A stretch of DNA of 64,000 nt from Octopus vulgaris (GCA_951406725.2 OX597815.1:73098001-73162000); one strand, 5' to 3'. Positions 39,438 through 53,129 are shown, numbered from the stretch's first letter. Notes: a model not told the origin generated them from the sequence alone. Numbers and translations are program-made.

Positions 39438-39535
<98 letters not shown>

Positions 39536-40474
39536 TGTATGTATGTATGTATATATGAAAAGTTAGACAGAGAAGAGAAAAGTAGACGAAAACCGGGCGA
39601 AAACAGAGCGCATAAAAAAGCGAGACAAAAACACGATACAAGGAACATTCGCAGCTGACTTTCTCATCAGTTGGTATCCGAGACGTCATAGTGGTTTCAC
39701 GCTATTAAAACCAAGACCACTGTTATCTGACAGCAGCGCCTGCGCATGAATGTGTGTGAGGACAGGACAAAATAATATGGCGTGTAGAATAAGAAATAAT
39801 GACAAGATTTAACAGACAATGAATGGTACATACACAATAGAAAATGCCTTATGGCTGTACAATAGGCAAGGGGAATAATTGTTTGTATTCAGTATTAAAA
39901 CGATACAATACACACACACACAAAAAAAAAACCTTTTCGGCTATCAAGACAGACATAGTGAGGTAGCGCAAAGAAATGGAAAAAGTCCTTGGCGGACGGA
40001 ACACAAACGTGTCTGGCTGGGTCAGTAAAAAAGAACGACACACTTTGACTGGACACCGGTCACATGGTAGGAGAGAGGAAGGGTGGTGGAGGGACTAAGG
40101 GATGGGAGAAAGAAAGAGAGATACATAAGAGTAAGAAAGAGGAAAGGAGAGAGGACAAGGTCCAAGGGAGGCAATTAAGGAGGAGAGGGAAGAAAAGAAA
40201 AAATTCAGGGAATATTTTTTAGTTAACTAAACAAAGCAAGTGTGGTTGCGCTGCAAACAATATTTCAAAAGTTTGACAGAGTAGGGAAAAATAGACGAAA
40301 ACTGGGCGAAAACAGTGAAGTACTGGAGTACGTAGTAGGCGGTCAGAGATAGTCGTGTCTTTACTGGTTTTACTAAGTATACTGTATAACAAAGTGGGCG
40401 TTATAAAAATTCAACATTTTAAGGATTATAACAGTGACAACGAGGATTTAAACAACTCACGATGAATTAATAAA

Positions 40475-41200
40475 ACCACCCTCCTCAACTGTAATAATTT
40501 TTTTACGTGAATTGTTTGCAAGATTTGGCATCCCAGACAAGATAGTGCCTGACAATGGAACGCAATTTGCGTCTAGCGAATTTTAAACATTTTGTGAACA
40601 TATTACTACGCAGTAGAATATATTACTACGGTGCCTTACCATCCAAGATCTAATGGTAGAATGCTTTGTCGATACCTTCAAAAGAGCCCTTAGAAAATCG
40701 AATAAGGAAGTCACGGATCAGGTAGCTCTACAACAATTTTAAGAGTGGACCGTGTGACACCAAATCCGAATACACTAGCAGGTATATCACCAGCGGAGCT
40801 GATGTTTGCAAGGAAAGTAAAATCAGTCTTTGATAAATTGCTACCTGGCAAGAAAAGAAAAAGTGCCAGGGAAGACATAGCAAGATTCTTTAAAGTTGGT
40901 GAAAAGGTGTATACGAGGGTATACAAGAATGGAAAGCAGGGAAGATGGCATAATTATTAAATGCATAGGTAAAATGATGTATTGGATAAAAAGTTGAAAA
41001 GACATACAAAAGAAACGCACAAAACAACTAAAAAAGAGATTCGTGGAAAGCGAACCAAAGAAGTTGGAGGAACCGATGGATTGGTTGTACGATGCGTTCC
41101 AAGTACCAACACTACTGCAGGTGACTGAAAACAGACGTACAATTAGAGGAAAAGAAAACACAGAGTTCCTGAAAATAGATGCCAAGCGAAAAAATACGAA
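40475..41200 (+). mobile_element. Ty3/Gypsy LTR-retrotransposon integrase remnant
   Basis: LRELFARFGIPDKIVPDNGTQFASSEF, PYHPRSNG, FVDTFKRAL, TPNPNT..GISPAELMFARK; contains stops and frameshifts. Confidence 0.9.
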
Positions 41201-41841
41201 ATTGTACGTGGGGCCAAATTGAGTAAACCGATCGATAACGAACCTATAAAGACTACTGGAAACAGCTGTAAGTCAAATTTACTATAATAAAGTAATATAT
41301 AATGGCCATCAATTATGCCTTGTCTGATATATATATATATATATGCATACACACACATATAAACACACATACATACATACATAATGCATACATACATAAA
41401 TATATACATACATATATACATATATAAATACATACATACGTATATACATACATACATATATACACATACATATAAAGTTTCATACGCTAATAGTTTTGTG
41501 AGAAAAATGGACGATAAAGGAGAACTCAACCAAGCATTCATTCTTATTCAATATTTCAATAATATAAAACACACGCGATTCTGTTCCCTCTTTTTATTTC
41601 TTTATCTTTTTATCTCTTTCATTTGTTTATTTATTTATTTTGTTTGGTACTTTACGGGTTTCTCTTCTGGAATATTCTTTGAAATGCTTCACTAGCTTTC
41701 ATACCTGGTAGCTATTTTGTAACATCCTACATTTCCTCACATTGCAATGCAAAATTGGTAAGAGTAAAAGAAAGCCGAATCAAGATGGGTTTAGCGGATC
41801 TTTTTCTCCTCCTCGTCATCCTCTTCCTTCTCCGCTTCTTT

Positions 41842-41880
<39 letters not shown>

Positions 41881-42093
41881 GCTACTACAGTTATGTTCAA
41901 CATTATCATCATCATCATTACCACCATCATCGTCATCAGGGCTATTAACATTATTGTCAGTATTATTCACCTCCTCCTTCTCCTCCTCTTCCTCCTCATC
42001 ATCATCATCTTCCCTGCCTTTCTTCTTCTTCTTCTTCTTCTTCTTCTTCTTCTTCTTCTTCTCTCACTCCTTTTTCTTCTCCTTTCCTCCCTG

Positions 42094-42155
<62 letters not shown>

Positions 42156-42254
42156 GATTGACTGACTCGTTAGATTGCCTCCACCCTCCACCCTCCACTC
42201 CCCCTAAGAGAAACAAAAGAAAAAAATGTTTTGCAATATTTCTTTTGACTCTAC

Positions 42255-42375
42255 TTTCTGAGTTCAAACCTCGCCAAGGTCAACATCAACTTCCATCTTT
42301 TCGGGGTTGGTAAAATAACCTACCAGTAAAGTACAGGGGTCGATGCTATCGACTAATCCCTTCTCCTAGTGTCCT
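42255..42375 (+). mobile_element. SINE family B, partial
   Basis: 'ttctgagttcaaacctcgccaaggtcaac...ctttcggggttggtaaaat..taccag'. Confidence 0.7.
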
Positions 42376-42458
42376 TATAATGTCTCCCTCAGTAATGTAC
42401 CTGAGGACGAGTCGTCAATATTGTGCCTTACTTCTGTGTATATACATATTTCAGGAGT

Positions 42459-42526
<68 letters not shown>

Positions 42527-42544
42527 CCACCACCACCACCAGCA

Positions 42545-43340
42545 ACCCATCGGCACATCTACCCCATTCCTACTGCTCCGATGACAATAGGGATAACTGT
42601 TATGTTCGACTCGCGTAGCCGCCAAATCTTAGCGATCTCAGTTATCAGGTCTCCATATTTATCAACTTTTTCTCTTCCTTTCATGATGATGTGTTGATCT
42701 CCTGGTACTGCTACGTCGATTATTAGGCACTCTTGTTTGTCCCTCCTAAAGGTTACTATATCTGGCCTTCGGTGCTCTAACACTCTGTCTGTATGAAAAG
42801 TCCCAGAGGATTTTTGCCTTCCCCTTTTCGTCCATTACCTTTTCCGGTGTATGTTGGTACCAAGCATCCATAACTTCATATTTATACTTACGGCATAGTA
42901 GCCAGTGGAGGTTTGGGGCTACCTTGTCGTGTCTACGCTTGTACTCTTTCTTCGCAAGACTTTCACAAGCACTAACAATGTAAGTCACGCTTTCGACCCT
43001 CTTCCCACACATTCTGCAGAGGTCCGTTGCACTTGTGTGGTATATATTCTTTTACACTGAGTTGGTAATAAATGCCTGATCCTGGGCTGCGATGATTAGG
43101 CTTTCAGTATTCTTTTTTAGGTTACCCTTGTTAAGCCACCTCCCTGGTGCTTCCTGGTCTTTTAATTTGTTGGTTTCACGGTGGAACTGACCATGTAATT
43201 TCATACGGAGTAGGGTTTCTTCTCTTTCATTGGTTGTTCTTGATCGAAATTCATGAGCACTCAAAAGTCCATTTTTGTTAACTTCTTCTGCACTAGCAGC
43301 GTGCTGTAGCAGTTCTTGTTTGCTATTCACCAAATATTCT
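42545..43340 (-). mobile_element. Dong/R4-like LINE, CCHC + RLE fragment
   Basis: KLHGQF, TESLIIAAQDQA, CRMCGKRVESVTYIVSAC, YKRRHDKV, KILWDF, HRRPDIV..CLIIDVAVP..EKVDKYGDL. Confidence 0.9.
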
Positions 43341-43829
43341 TCTTATTATTATTATGATCTTCCAATTTTGTTTCCATTTCTTGCCGATTGTCTTCCCAAC
43401 ACCTAGGGCAAAGAAACCCATTGTATACATTGGTAAGCCATCAAAATAAACACATCAGATTGTTCACTTACAAAGTCATGTGATAGAAAAAGGGAAGACA
43501 AAGAAGAAAAGGAAAGAAAGAAAAAAGAAACCAAAGAAAATAAAGGGAGAAAAACGAAAGAAAATTCACAGCGACAATGCTATTCTCAATACGTGTGACG
43601 TACCAGTTATACAATCTTTTTCACTTCCTGAATGGATGGTAAGCCAGGGATCATCGTCAAATAATTTTCAGTTCTCTTTTTTATCATTCCAAGTGCTCCT
43701 ACAATCACTGGTATTGTAACCGTCTTGATTCCACATTTTAATCGATTTCAGTCAGCAAATATTTTCTGAGTTTATCAAATTTTTTTGCGGAGATATTATA
43801 ATCACAAGGTATATTATTATAATATATCA

Positions 43830-45720
43830 TTGAGAAAATGGCTAAAGAACCTGGGTGGGGCCCTGATCAGTTTAGATCAGTGTAAAGTTTTCGATGGGGT
43901 CGACCATCTATACCTGGCGGCGGTCCTCATGGCAGCTGGTTTCGGGCCTGTATTCAGGGGCTGGATCGCTGCAATGTACAGCGGCATCTGTTCAGTGTGA
44001 CTAGAGAGAACGGTCACCTCTCAGAGCCGTTCATCATCATGCGCTCTGTCCGGCAGGGTTGCCCCCTCTCGTTTCTCTTGTATGTACTGACTCTCGAGCC
44101 ATTAATACACAAACTGGAGGTGTATAGAGGCATCTCGCGTGAGCTAGGATGTGGGAGATACGTGCCGGCATATGCCGACGACGTTACCGTAGTGGTGTCG
44201 GATCATAAACACATAGAAGTGATCGGTACCGCTTTCAGGGACTACGAGGTGGTTTCAGGAGCAACAGTTAACTAGGAAAAATCAGTGGGCTTGTGGCTCG
44301 GCACCTGGAGAAGTAAGTCCATGCCGTCCAACTGCGTCGCTTGGCGCGCTGGACGGACGGACAGGTTAAATTGCTCGGTGTCTGGTTCGGTCCGGCCCTC
44401 CAGATGGACAAAAACTGGGACGAGAGAAAGCTATCCCTGAAAGGTCGGGCAGAGGTGGCTAACGCATATAGCACGTCCGTCATCTACTATCGCTTGACCG
44501 TCGTGCCTTGTCCTGGCCATCGTCTGATTACGCCGGAGCGAATACTGTCCCACTTCTTGTGGAAGGGATGCATCCCGATGGTAGCGGTCTATCTCATGTC
44601 AGCACCCGCTGAGTGGAGGCCTGGGCATGCCGGGATTGGTGATGCGCAGATATGCGCTGAGGCTACAACATCTCCAGTGCTTCCCTGTTGGTGAACAGAA
44701 GTGGTCGCCGTTCGCCATACACATATTTTCGCAGCTAGTTTCTTTAACGGAGCTGCAGTCCTGTGTAAAACGGAGACCGCGCGGAAGCATCTGGAAAGTG
44801 GAATGTTTTTAAGCACTCGCAGCCCTCAGCCAAGCGGACACTGCGATAGATGGAACGTCCACTTTAGCTTTTTATAGAGGATTAGTGGAGGAAAAGTGCA
44901 ACGACGTTCTTTGGGGAGACCTTCGTCGTCGAAGAAAATCAACTAGCCGCTCTTTTCCGGAGAACTTTCGGGCCGGGACCGATGGATAATTTCCAAAGAT
45001 CTCTAGCTTGGCAGTGCTACTGGGGAGCTTTGCCTGTTCGAGATAAACTTTACAGGCACGGAAGTGCCATCAGCCGAGCATGTCCGAAATGCACGCAGGA
45101 CGACGAAACGGACCTGCATGTACTCGTCCAGTATCCGAGCATTGCTGACCAGTGGTTTTATGTCGAACACTTGCTGATTCGTGTGGGACGGATCCGGCTG
45201 TCAACTGAATCCATCGTGAAGATCGCACCGCCGCCTTCCTTTAACCAGGAAGGAAAGGCTGTGTTTATATGCCTGGTTGCCATGGCGAAAGAGATTGTAT
45301 GGTGGACGAGATTGAAGGGGCTGAAGACAGACACCTTTCTCGTTGGCCAATCCCTGATGAACTTCATCAAGTTTCACTTGAAAAGGAAAATAAGGGTAGA
45401 GACGGAAGTGTTATCTTCTAGCCAGTTTACTGAAAGGTGGATGAAAGTGGCGAGAATGATGCGAATGAACGAACCTGCCCTGAGCATACGCCTGTAGTTG
45501 GGAAAAAGGAAAGGAAAAAAGCACCTACCCCAAAAGTCAGGGCGCTTGGCCCTTGTTGGAGTTTCTCCTGTATTAGGAGGGCTGCATCCTTCATGTTATC
45601 ACATACCTTTATCGCATTTCACCGTCTTTTCCAATTTTCCCTAATCTTTTATATACCCCACCAAAACAAATTGTCAATTGCTCTTGTGATGTTCCCCTCG
45701 TTTATGCCCGTGTGACTAAC
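43830..45720 (+). mobile_element. L1/Tx1-like non-LTR retrotransposon, degenerate RT + C-terminal zinc-binding region + 3' UTR
   Basis: LDQCKVFDGVDH, SVRQGCPLS.LLYVLTLEPL, YADDVTV, VKLLGVWF, LSLKGRAEVAN, ALPVRDKL..CPKC...ETDLH; many disruptions. Confidence 0.92.
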
Positions 45721-47508
45721 AAAAGAAATCATAATGATGATGATGATGATCATCATTATCATCATTATCATCATCGTCATCGTCGTCGTCATCAACATCG
45801 TTGTCCTTGTTGTTGTTGTTATTATTGTCGTTGTCGATGCTTTCTTGTTTTGAGGGAAGTGGACGTCTTTCAACCTCTATGTTTATAATTAATGGAAAAA
45901 TTCTTTGTGTATTTATTTATTTACTAGTTTCGTTTTGGAATTTTTCCTGCTTACCTTCTCGCAGCAGGAAGGTATTACTTTTGGACGGTTTTACATGTTT
46001 TATTTTTCATCTTTTCATAACATGATGGCTTCTTCGTCTGGAGTAACAGTAAGAGTTGCAACTGGTAAAGATGGTAGCAGCTTACCCGGTAAAAATGGTA
46101 GCAGCTTACACGCCCTCAATATTATCGAACAAAACAAATCGCTGAAAATAATGAAAATAAACACAAAATGGCTAAGGAATAAAAAGGACAAACCGAGGAA
46201 AAAATGATGACATTTAAAGCAACAAATGGAATTACAAACACAGGCGCAAACATTAAAGCTTTGGAAAATACGCTGAAAATACAAACGAATACACTAGCAG
46301 CGTAAACACTAGACGTTGGCAACAGCACCACCATCATGCATATACACGAAATAATTCACAATGCAACTAATAGCAAATAGAGATGTGAATGTCTTCAGAC
46401 AAAAATAAGCTTGCACATGAAACAGTTCTCTTGAAATAAAGGACGGTGAGAAGAAGTATGTCACGAAAAATTGTACCTCCTTATCTGAAACGACTAGGAG
46501 AAAAGGGATATATCCCGTCTGTTGTTTTAACTTCAAAGCACCAATTAAAGGGAGCCCCCAGCTGATGCGTGGGTCGATGTAGTCGTCAATATATGGAGTA
46601 GAAGACATGGAAGTGTGTGACTGGTCTTCGAATTCGAGGACAAGGCGAGGCAAAGGGCTCAGTTGGTACCGCCCCCACCCCATCCCGAATTGTCCACTAT
46701 GCGCAGTTGCAAATCCTTCAAACTAGCGAAAGAAGTATCTTGTCCTCAATCGACGATCCAGAGTTCTCACTTCAGCCATGCCCACTAGTGCTTCTTGTGA
46801 CGATAGGGTGAGCGTAGAAAACAAAAAGGGATGGCAGGTATCGAAGATTGTGAAAACAAAACAAAAAAAAGAAAAAAGAAAAAAGGAAACAAAATTAATT
46901 CCAAAACAAAGAACGAGCGGAACGCACGAAAAGTTCCTCTCCTAGAAAGATACGAAATTCACAGTAATTCGAATAGAAAACGACTGACTGATGTATAGTT
47001 TAAACAAACTACGAGAATATTAAAAAAAATATAAAGTGCAGATTTTTAAGGAGGTGGACTCCGACTATGTGGAGCAGGTAAGAGACAGACTGGTAGTTAA
47101 AAATAACTTCAGGACTATTGACTTTTATGTCTAAATGACCAGGGACCATTGATCATCCACTCCGACAACCAAGATAATCATAGGTTTTTAGGGAGCTACA
47201 ATTTCAAGTTCGTAGTCGCGGAGTACATGGGAGCATAAAGTGGTGAAGGTTGTAGGGTGCTTTGATCAAATCCAGGTGACGGTTTCTCACATGTCTGGAT
47301 ACGTTGCCTTCATTTGTTTTGTCTCTATTTTATATATCATCAAATTTATGTGTGCATATGTACAGACACAGATAGAGGAGGTGGAGAGTATGGCTTCAAG
47401 ATTGTTTTCATATAAACACAACGTCTCCCCTAAAGGCTCAGAACATATCAGGGTCTTAGTTAAACACAATATCCATTATACGCAACAAAAGCAGCATTTA
47501 GACACACA

Positions 47509-47579
<71 letters not shown>

Positions 47580-47585
47580 ACACAC

Positions 47586-47904
<319 letters not shown>

Positions 47905-48239
47905 TGTTAAAGAGGACAACAAACGTTAAGGCAAAGCAAACATTATTATTGGAAAAGCATTCAGTCTTACAGCTGTTTCTGGGCTATTCTAGAGTATGGG
48001 ATATTCTGTCTTCGGAGACAAATAGGGAAAATGTGAAGGGTATAGATTAATGAAATGACGACATAGAAGATAGGTTTAAAGGAATAAGGAGATGAAGAAA
48101 GAGAAGAAAAAAGAAGCATAAAAGTTCACAATACCTAATCGTTTAGATCACCTGTGAACTAAACCTCCATATTGTGTGTGTGTGTGTGTGTGTGTGTATA
48201 CGCACACTTTTGCAGATAGATAGATAGATAGATAGATAT

Positions 48240-48286
<47 letters not shown>

Positions 48287-48529
48287 CTTCAATCTGGATC
48301 CATATTGGCTACTGTAGAAATCACGTGTCCACTTGAGTTAACCGTCTTTACTCTTCTGTTGACCTTCATTCAACTTTAAATATTTACAAGACACTACTCG
48401 TGTGTGTGTGTGCTCAAATGGCTTCATAATTACACTCTTGTCTTTATGGCGGATTTATGATCCAATCTAAAAATATAACTTCACGGTCAACTCTTATGTT
48501 TGTTAGGCGACACCCTGGCGTCTAGCAAT

Positions 48530-48584
<55 letters not shown>

Positions 48585-48709
48585 TCACACGCATATAGAC
48601 GCACTCATTCAAATAGAATCTCACTCATTTCCATAGAAATCCACCGTTCGTTGTCGCCATCTCCTGCAGTGTTCTAAATATAACACGTATTTAATATTTA
48701 TTTGGGTAT

Positions 48710-48862
48710 CGTCTGTGTGCTAAGAAAGTTATTTCACAACCTTAAGATTCCGGCTTTAGTCCTACTACGTGGCACCTTGGGCAAATGTCTTCTACTATAG
48801 CCTCGAGTCGATCAAAGCCTTGTGAGTGGATATAATTGATGGAAACTGAAAGAAGACCGTCA
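48710..48862 (+). mobile_element. SINE family A, 5' half
   Basis: 'ggcaccttgggcaaatgtcttctactatagcctcg...aaagccttgtgagtgga...ggaaactgaaagaag'. Confidence 0.8.
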
Positions 48863-48893
48863 AATACATATATATGTATGTATGTGTTTGTTT

Positions 48894-48924
<31 letters not shown>

Positions 48925-49149
48925 CCAATGGAAAAGAGCCAGTTTCTAACGAAGATTTAAGGCTCCCTTAACTGGATTTTCAACAATACCAAAAAGGTAG
49001 TTACGCATATGTGTGTATCTGTGTGTATATAATATTTAGAGTCACGGCATGAGCAGATTTGGGCGTTTTACTTGATGTGCATGTCCTCATACTTATAGTT
49101 GCGTGTCTTAATATGCACTTGTGTACTTATATACTAATCTTTCAGGAAG

Positions 49150-49700
49150 TTATCAGGCCTCCAAGCTTAGTCCTTTTCTTAAACCAGGGCTACAGCTCTG
49201 CCAAAGAAGGAGAGGCTGAAAGACGTGCCTTACAAACGGAGGCGATACCGGATCACCGTCCAAGAAAATTTGTAGGTGTCGTAACCTCAGCATATTTTTG
49301 TGCATCAATAGCCATGTCATGCCAAACCCGCCTTCTAGGGGGCAGACAATAGATGAACCACCTGACGAGTGGAACGAGACTTTTCTGCAGGAAACGGAAA
49401 AGTAGACTCTCCAGTATGGGCAAACGTGGACCAGTGCAAGGCGCAACGGTCACGTAGTAAGTTTTTACGGAGGCAATGTAAGCAAGTGCTATCTTTGAAA
49501 AGGATAGCTTCCTCTAAGGTCATTTCTGAGTGAGGCTGGCCACTCTGTTCGTAATTTGGTCCCAGTTCTTTCCACCTGAGGATCCAGACCTAACTGGACC
49601 CGGGTAGTTTCACTGGTCCATCTATCCAGCGACTTACTGCTCGTATGTTGGTTGATGGCATAGACTTGGCTCTCTAAGTGCTGAGGCGCAATAATAAGAA
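49150..49700 (-). mobile_element. L1/Tx1-like fragment (post-RT region)
   Basis: PLEGGFGMTWLLMHKNMLRLRHLQIFL..SPPFVRHVF aligns with the translation of 44600-44760. Confidence 0.8.
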
Positions 49701-49709
49701 TTATTTCTG

Positions 49710-49920
49710 CTTCAGGCACAATGCCAACAATTTTGAGGATAGGGAGAATGTTAACCGATACAATCGACCCCAGTATCTGACTGGCACTTCATTTTATGAA
49801 CCCTGAAAAATGAAAGATAAAGCTGACCCTCGACAGGGATGCACCGAGAATGTAAAGAGCCAGAAGAAATGTTGCATGGTTTTTTTCCCAACCCTCTAGC
49901 GATTCTACAAGTTCGTCGTC
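49710..49920 (-). mobile_element. SINE family B, diverged
   Basis: 'atcgaccccagt..ctggcact..ttttat..ccctgaaaaatgaaaga.aaag.tgacc'. Confidence 0.65.
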
Positions 49921-49944
49921 TTGATGATGATTATGATGATATCA

Positions 49945-50003
<59 letters not shown>

Positions 50004-50335
50004 GGTGGTGGTGGTGGTGGTTGTGGTTTGGTGAGGAGGAGGAGATTTCCAGCGATTTTGAGGTAAAAGGTGTTAGTCGAAATTTTATCAATCTCTGAGG
50101 TAATGATAGGACCAGCGGGATTTGAACTCCGAACACAAAAAGCCGTGCTGTAGTTGGTCCGTTTGCTTGCATTCCGGGATCAACTCCTGCCGAGGTCAAC
50201 TTTATTTCCATCTTTTCAGAGTCGATAAAAATAATGTACCAGTTATGTACAGTGGTCAAAATTATCGATAGACCACCATCTTTCCTCAAATGTCAAACCT
50301 TGTACCCGTATTAGAAACGAATGCAACAACTAGAA

Positions 50336-50842
50336 CCGTGGTTCTCAACCATTTTTGCCTATGAACTCCTTTGAATCTTATATTTCACCACTGGACCCCC
50401 AAAGTCATTTAATTTCTGAAAAAATCACATTATATTTTTATGATTGAATATTATCAGGAATTGTTTTAAAAAATTGGTAAAATATTTTGTGTATTGTAGA
50501 AGTATTGTGGAGGCGCGTGGTTTAGTGGCTGGGTGTCAGCATCATGATCGTAAAATTGTGGTTTCGATTCCTGGACTGGGCGACGCGTTTTGTTCTTGAG
50601 CAAAACACTTAATTTCACGTTGCTCCAGTTCACTCAGCTGGCAAAAATGAGTAATGCTGCGATGGACTGGCGTCCCATCCAGCTGGGGAACACATACGCC
50701 ATTGAAACCGGGAAACCGAGCCTTTAAAAGGGCGAAAAAAAAGTAGTATAACCGATTTATCGCGCATGATTTTTAACAACTAAATCACATGTGGAGCCCC
50801 ACCCCCGTGCAGGGTCATGTGGACCTCGGTTGAGCTCCATTG
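50336..50842. mobile_element. hAT (Charlie-like) MITE containing a nested SINE C
   Basis: TIRs ccgtggttctcaacc / ggttgagctccattg; 8-bp flanks aactagaa / agctagaa. Confidence 0.75.
50507..50740 (+). mobile_element. SINE family C
   Basis: 'ggaggcgcgtggtttagtgg...catgatcgtaaaattgtggtttcgattcc...gttcttgagcaaaacact'. Confidence 0.8.
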
Positions 50843-51094
50843 AGCTAGAATAACAAATGTAACAACAGCAACAACAACAACAAAAACAACAGCAGCAGCA
50901 GCAAATACTTCCCACCTTCACTGTTGCTCGCAAGAATAACAAGGAGTTGTCGGAGTTCATAAAATTTCAATCCTTACATAAACAAAAAAACAGAAACAGA
51001 TGCGGGGAAAAAAAGGAAACACTCCTAGGAACAATAGAGGACAGACTCCTGGCAAGGGTAATATTATATGTACATTGAGTAGATAAGAGTTAAC

Positions 51095-51385
51095 TTCTAC
51101 TCCTTTCTCTTTCAAATCGTATTTCAACAGCCGAGGTACCCACTTTGCATACACTTTATTATACCCAAACTTGTCCTCAATCTTCTGCAATGCATTTTGA
51201 CCATAAGAAGCTCACGAATTGTAACTTATTTCGACTATCCGCGCAAATCAATTCGTTCACTCGTTAGCGATTCGTTTCACTGATCGCAGTTGAAGGTCTC
51301 CTACTTTGTGGTTTGTCTTCACAGAGCTGGTTTTCTATGTTTTCAACTCCTTCACCCATCGATGTTCATTGAAGCACCGTGAAGA
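51095..51385 (-). mobile_element. mariner transposase N-terminal remnant
   Basis: 'FGYNKVYAKWVPRLL' contains the mariner WVPHEL-type motif; upstream 'EDKPQSRRPST' linker. Confidence 0.75.
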
Positions 51386-51399
51386 ATTTTAGTTGAGCA

Positions 51400-51760
51400 T
51401 ATCACCCCCAATACTTATTACGTTTTTGTTAAGCCTGGCACTGAATTTATTAGTATCTTTTACCGAACTGCTAAGTAACAGGGACTTAAACTCAAAACTT
51501 CGGTTGTCAAGCGGTGGTGGGGGACAAACACTTACATATACACAGACACATATGCACACACATACATATGTGTATATATATATATATCGCTAGCCACTAA
51601 ACCTTTTTTTTATTTTCTCTCCTTGTTTCTTTCTGTGTTCCTTTCTGTCGAAGAGCGTAGGGTCGAAACGTAAAATACTTTCTCACTTCCCGAGCGTTAA
51701 ACTAATACATCTGTTTGTTGTTTACACACCTGTATTCGTTTTTTGCTTTTTTGTAAATTC

Positions 51761-51825
<65 letters not shown>

Positions 51826-51962
51826 CGGTCTTCTTTCAGTTTCCGTCAACCAGGTCCATTCACAAGACACTTGTCCAAGGTTCCACGCTGCAGTGGTGGG
51901 ACTGAAACGGGAACCATGTAGTTGGGAAACAAATGTCTTACTACACAGTTATGCCTTCGCCT
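51400..51962 (-). mobile_element. SINE family A, interrupted in its internal (TA)n by a pLTR-like element
   Basis: 3' part at 51400-51545; 5' part at 51820-51962. Confidence 0.75.
51587..51766 (+). mobile_element. Short Penelope-type pLTR-like element with a mutated hammerhead (51641-51676)
   Basis: cttt-CTGTCGA-a-GAGC gtag GGTC-GAAAC-GTA-aaat; (TA)n on both sides. Confidence 0.6.
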
Positions 51963-52669
51963 ATATGTTAGATAATAAAGAAAGATGTGGTCAATTTTTG
52001 CACTGTGTATGTGTATATGTGTGTGTGTGTATGTATTTATGTATGTATGTATGTATCTATCTATCTATCTAAGTACATATCACTCAGCTACGTTGATGTT
52101 ACTGGCACACACACACACACACACATACACACAAGCATAAATACACACACACAAACACAAGACATGATATTGTGGCAGAACCTAATAAAGCTAGGAAGAT
52201 ACATATTCTTGTTGCACCATTGTGAAACACTTCTCATCTGCGTCTACTTAAAGAGGAAGAAAACGAAGAATCCAAAAGCTGTTATATGGACAGAGAGAAA
52301 TACATACATTAAGACATGCAAGCACACACGATTGTGAGCATATATACACATGAAAGAGGTATGTTTGTAGCATATATACACACAGTTAATAACAGAAATA
52401 GAATGAAATCCATGAGTATGGTCAGCTTCTGTCCAGATGGACCTTAAAACTATTTGAAAATCATTTAAGAGGTATTAAGTGAACAGCACAATAAATCCAC
52501 TTAAAACTAAAAGGAACTCTTTTGTCTCGAGAGTACAGTAAGGTTATGCAAGGTGAAGACCTTCTCCGCCATCGCCCTGACCAATGTCGTCACCTTATCT
52601 ACTTCCATCTCAAAGCGCTTTCATTACAGGGCAGTAACGACAACAGTGATGCAGCTGAAAAGATAGGAT

Positions 52670-52689
52670 ACACACATATATACATTCAT

Positions 52690-52736
<47 letters not shown>

Positions 52737-52970
52737 CACATATATACATACACAAACATACCTACATACATATATATATGTATAGAAATGTATATATATA
52801 CATACATATATACATATATATGTATGTATGTATCTATCTATCTATCTATGTGTGTGTATGTTTACAAATATATACTCATGCACATACACATACAAGCATT
52901 CTCACATGCATACACACGCGCAGTTATATATACATACATACATATAAATATACACACACACTCTTTTCTG

Positions 52971-53001
<31 letters not shown>

Positions 53002-53006
53002 GGATA

Positions 53007-53060
<54 letters not shown>

Positions 53061-53083
53061 TATATCTATAAATACATACATAC

Positions 53084-53129
<46 letters not shown>

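Larger units (their letters stand above)
38141..39440. mobile_element. Candidate non-LTR retrozyme: 362-bp non-coding monomers with a hammerhead ribozyme; ~2.1 copies on - (38141-38898) joined head-to-head to ~1.5 copies on + (38899-39440)
   Basis: Unit starts recur at 38141, 38503 and 38865; after 38898 the sequence is the reverse complement of the unit; copies are nearly identical; no ORF; (TA)n on both sides. Confidence 0.85.

Noticed and set aside
38141-39440. CRISPR array or plain satellite
   Set aside because: No repeat-spacer alternation, the context is eukaryotic, and the internal inversion plus ribozyme fit a retroelement better.
49059-49352. Plus-strand ORF after a good-looking splice acceptor (tactaatctttcag)
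   Set aside because: The region is the antisense strand of an L1/Tx1 fragment homologous to 44500-44800.
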